From assembly GCA_026023565.1 (NCBI GenBank), contig JAPETS010000031.1, forward strand, positions 62,001-126,000: DNA of 64,000 nucleotides, given 5' to 3'. The first letter of the stretch is position 1. Each line of letters starts with the position of its first letter. The notes under the pieces are model-generated. The model was not told the DNA's origin. It worked only from the letters and a program-made list of their open reading frames with translations, and did not search any database. Made by a program: the position numbers and the translations under genes. The DNA comes from Cirrosporium novae-zelandiae. Taxonomy: Eukaryota. This document shows positions 62,028 through 64,000 of this stretch, piece after piece.

Positions 62028-63802
62028 ATGGCTGGTCGTCGACCACCTAGTGAAAGGGAGATGGTTTACTGCCATGCGTGTACGAATGAATGGTATCGGG
62101 ATGAACATGGCCTAGAGTGCCCAGAATGCCGATCCGATATTGTTGAAATAGTGAGTCCACCAATTTTTCTTCATATTAGCTTGTAAGAGTTATATAAGGT
62201 TGAATTTAGCTTTGATTCCTTGTCAAATTGATTGTTATACCATGATTCTGACTAGATATTTATTAGATTGACGAGGATGATAGCCCTTTTGCCCCCGCTC
62301 CTCCAAGACACCCTCTTCAGGATCATAACCCTTGGTCAAGAGAACAAACTGATACAGGAAGTCCGGGAGGAGCAGTTTTCCAAATTCACGAAAGTAGAGG
62401 TCCGGGTGCTATGCATTTTACGCGTATGACTTATCGTAGTGGTGGGGGGCATGATCCGCCTCGCGCAGGAAGTCCTGATAATGATGGAACGGCGCAACTT
62501 TATCGAGAATTTAATACAATGCTGAGTGGTATAATGGGAGGGCCCCTGGGAGCACCCCGTCAAGGCGCACAAGGAGAACCACCACGTCCACCACCACGAA
62601 TTGTTTACACTGGTGGTGAGCTACATCCTCGGGACGCCAATAATCCCCAGCCGGAGGTTGAGCCATTTACGGATCTGAATGGGTAAGGTTTCTATTCATT
62701 CTTGGAGCTGCTTGACGTTTATCATGGTGTTATGAATTATCCATTCATTGTTTTACTGGCACTCTTGCAAAGCAAGGAATGGTGCAACATCCATTGATAA
62801 AAACCAGTGGTTTATTATATATTCTTGATTCATTTCGGTGAGCGCATGCTGACCCAGGTTTGCAGGATATTTGGCGCTCTCTTTCGAGGCATGGCACCCC
62901 CAGAGCAGGACAATCGCGACACCAGGGGAAACAACTTTCCTAATTCACCTTTTGATTTATTCGCCCGTCTCTTAAACCCTCAAAACATTCCGCATGGAGA
63001 TGTAGTATTTACTCAAGAAGCTCTGGACCGAGTTATTTCTGACCTTATGGAACAACACAACGGCAGTAATGCTCCGGGGCCAGCTTCGGAAAATGCCATT
63101 GTTTCTCTCCCCGAAAAGCCAGTAGAAAAAAGCATGCTGGGCGACGACGGCAATGCAGACTGTTCAATATGCATGGATGCTGTTCATGTGGGCACCATGG
63201 TGGCTGAATTGCCTTGCAAGCACTGGTTTCACAAAGATTGCGTCGCTGCTTGGTTACGGGAACATGATACTTGTCCGCAATGCCGTGCTGGAATCACACC
63301 CAAGACACCAGAACATACACAAAACCAGGAAGGAGGCTCACCTAGATCACCTGAAAATCCTCGCAACCGGCAAGAAAACCCCTTTTATCTCTTTAGCACC
63401 CCTCCACCGCCTGGTGGGTTTCCTTGGCCATTGAATTTCTCATCCCCTAATGGTGGTAGGTCAACAGGTTTACCTAGCGGGCCCCGGATACCAGGGGGAT
63501 GGCAAGAACCTCCTCCCGGTAGAAACGACCACTCTGCTTCTCAAAGTTCAAATCATCACGAGAGCCCCTCAGACCGACGCAACTCACATTCCGAGCCTAT
63601 AATGCCACAACCTCCATTCCGAACTCATCCTAACACTGATCGAGGTAGTCGACGACGCCGACGGTCGACAGATAGTACAGGTGATGACCGAAGAGAAAAC
63701 TATCGTGGAAACAATGACCAACAAGGCTGGAACGGTGGTGGCGTTTCGGGGTGGTTCAGAACTCATTTTGGCAATGGCAGTGGTGGCAGCGGTGGAAATT
63801 GA
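62028..63802 (+). CDS. RING-H2 E3 ubiquitin ligase, RNF126/RNF115-like (3 exons)
   Basis: N-terminal zinc ribbon VYCHACTNEW...ECPECRSDIVEI; GDVVFTQEALDRVISDLMEQ; RING-H2 CSICMD...LPCKHWFHKDCVAAWLREHDTCPQCR; introns starting at 62151 (GTGAGT) and 62683 (GTAAGG). Confidence 0.9.
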
Positions 63803-64000
63803 TTTTTCGCTTTACCTTAGTATTTAAACATTTTGAGGCCCGGGCTCATGGCTGGGGTAATATTCTTGACCCTTGCCCCTTGGCCTTTACGGATGTTAGT
63901 ATTGTGTGCATTTATCCTTGGTGTTGTGGGTGTGGTCCCAGGTTCCGGTTCTGTTTAGGGGGGACCTTTGCCTACCTTACCTAACCTACCCTTTTCTCAC

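Noticed and set aside
62683..62865. Relatively long second intron of the RING-H2 gene with a CTTGC-AAA-GCAAG hairpin, as a possible intronic snoRNA
   Set aside because: No convincing C/D or H/ACA box arrangement.
10164..63766. Many antisense or alternate-frame ORFs inside the large genes (e.g. 10164-10556, 19593-20174, 29580-30011, 45454-46032, 47821-48210, 53615-54154)
   Set aside because: Shadow ORFs of well-supported genes with no independent motifs; 47821-48210 is open simply because of the 72-nt repeat.
1..64000. tRNA, rRNA, intact transposon, telomere tract, secondary-metabolite cluster, TGA-CTA stop-codon readthrough
   Set aside because: None recognised by eye; the stop codons I checked lack the TGA-CTA context. 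tRNAscan-SE, Infernal and a repeat library search would be needed to exclude short or diverged elements.

Overview
Eukaryotic nuclear DNA from a filamentous ascomycete (Pezizomycotina, probably Eurotiomycetes-like; inferred from short GT-AG introns with CTRAY branch points and from gene content). The first ~10 kb is gene-poor and low-complexity, with a decayed multi-stop coding relic (~1.0-4.0 kb) and one NADH-cytochrome b5 reductase gene. From 10 kb on it is a dense block of mostly housekeeping genes: 5-oxoprolinase, Swi3/Rsc8-type subunit, Rrn5-like factor, Irc3 helicase, Bst1, Pms1, Tms1/Serinc, an Mch1-like MFS transporter, an AreB/ASD-4-type GATA factor, Lsb6 PI4-kinase, a SNF2-RING helicase, Med21, Rrg7, Spc24, Fis1 and a RING-H2 ligase. 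A three-gene accessory-looking block lies at 54.7-58.6 kb. I found no tRNA, rRNA, CRISPR array or intact transposon, and no clearly novel multi-gene system. The most notable observations are: (i) a GUG-initiated, multi-isoform GATA-factor gene whose short-isoform start lies inside an in-frame intron; (ii) an array of 24-aa tandem repeats with SIM-like cores in the N-terminus of the SNF2-RING helicase; (iii) a 119-aa three-exon membrane-protein gene missing from the ORF track. All family calls are from motif recognition by eye, not database searches.
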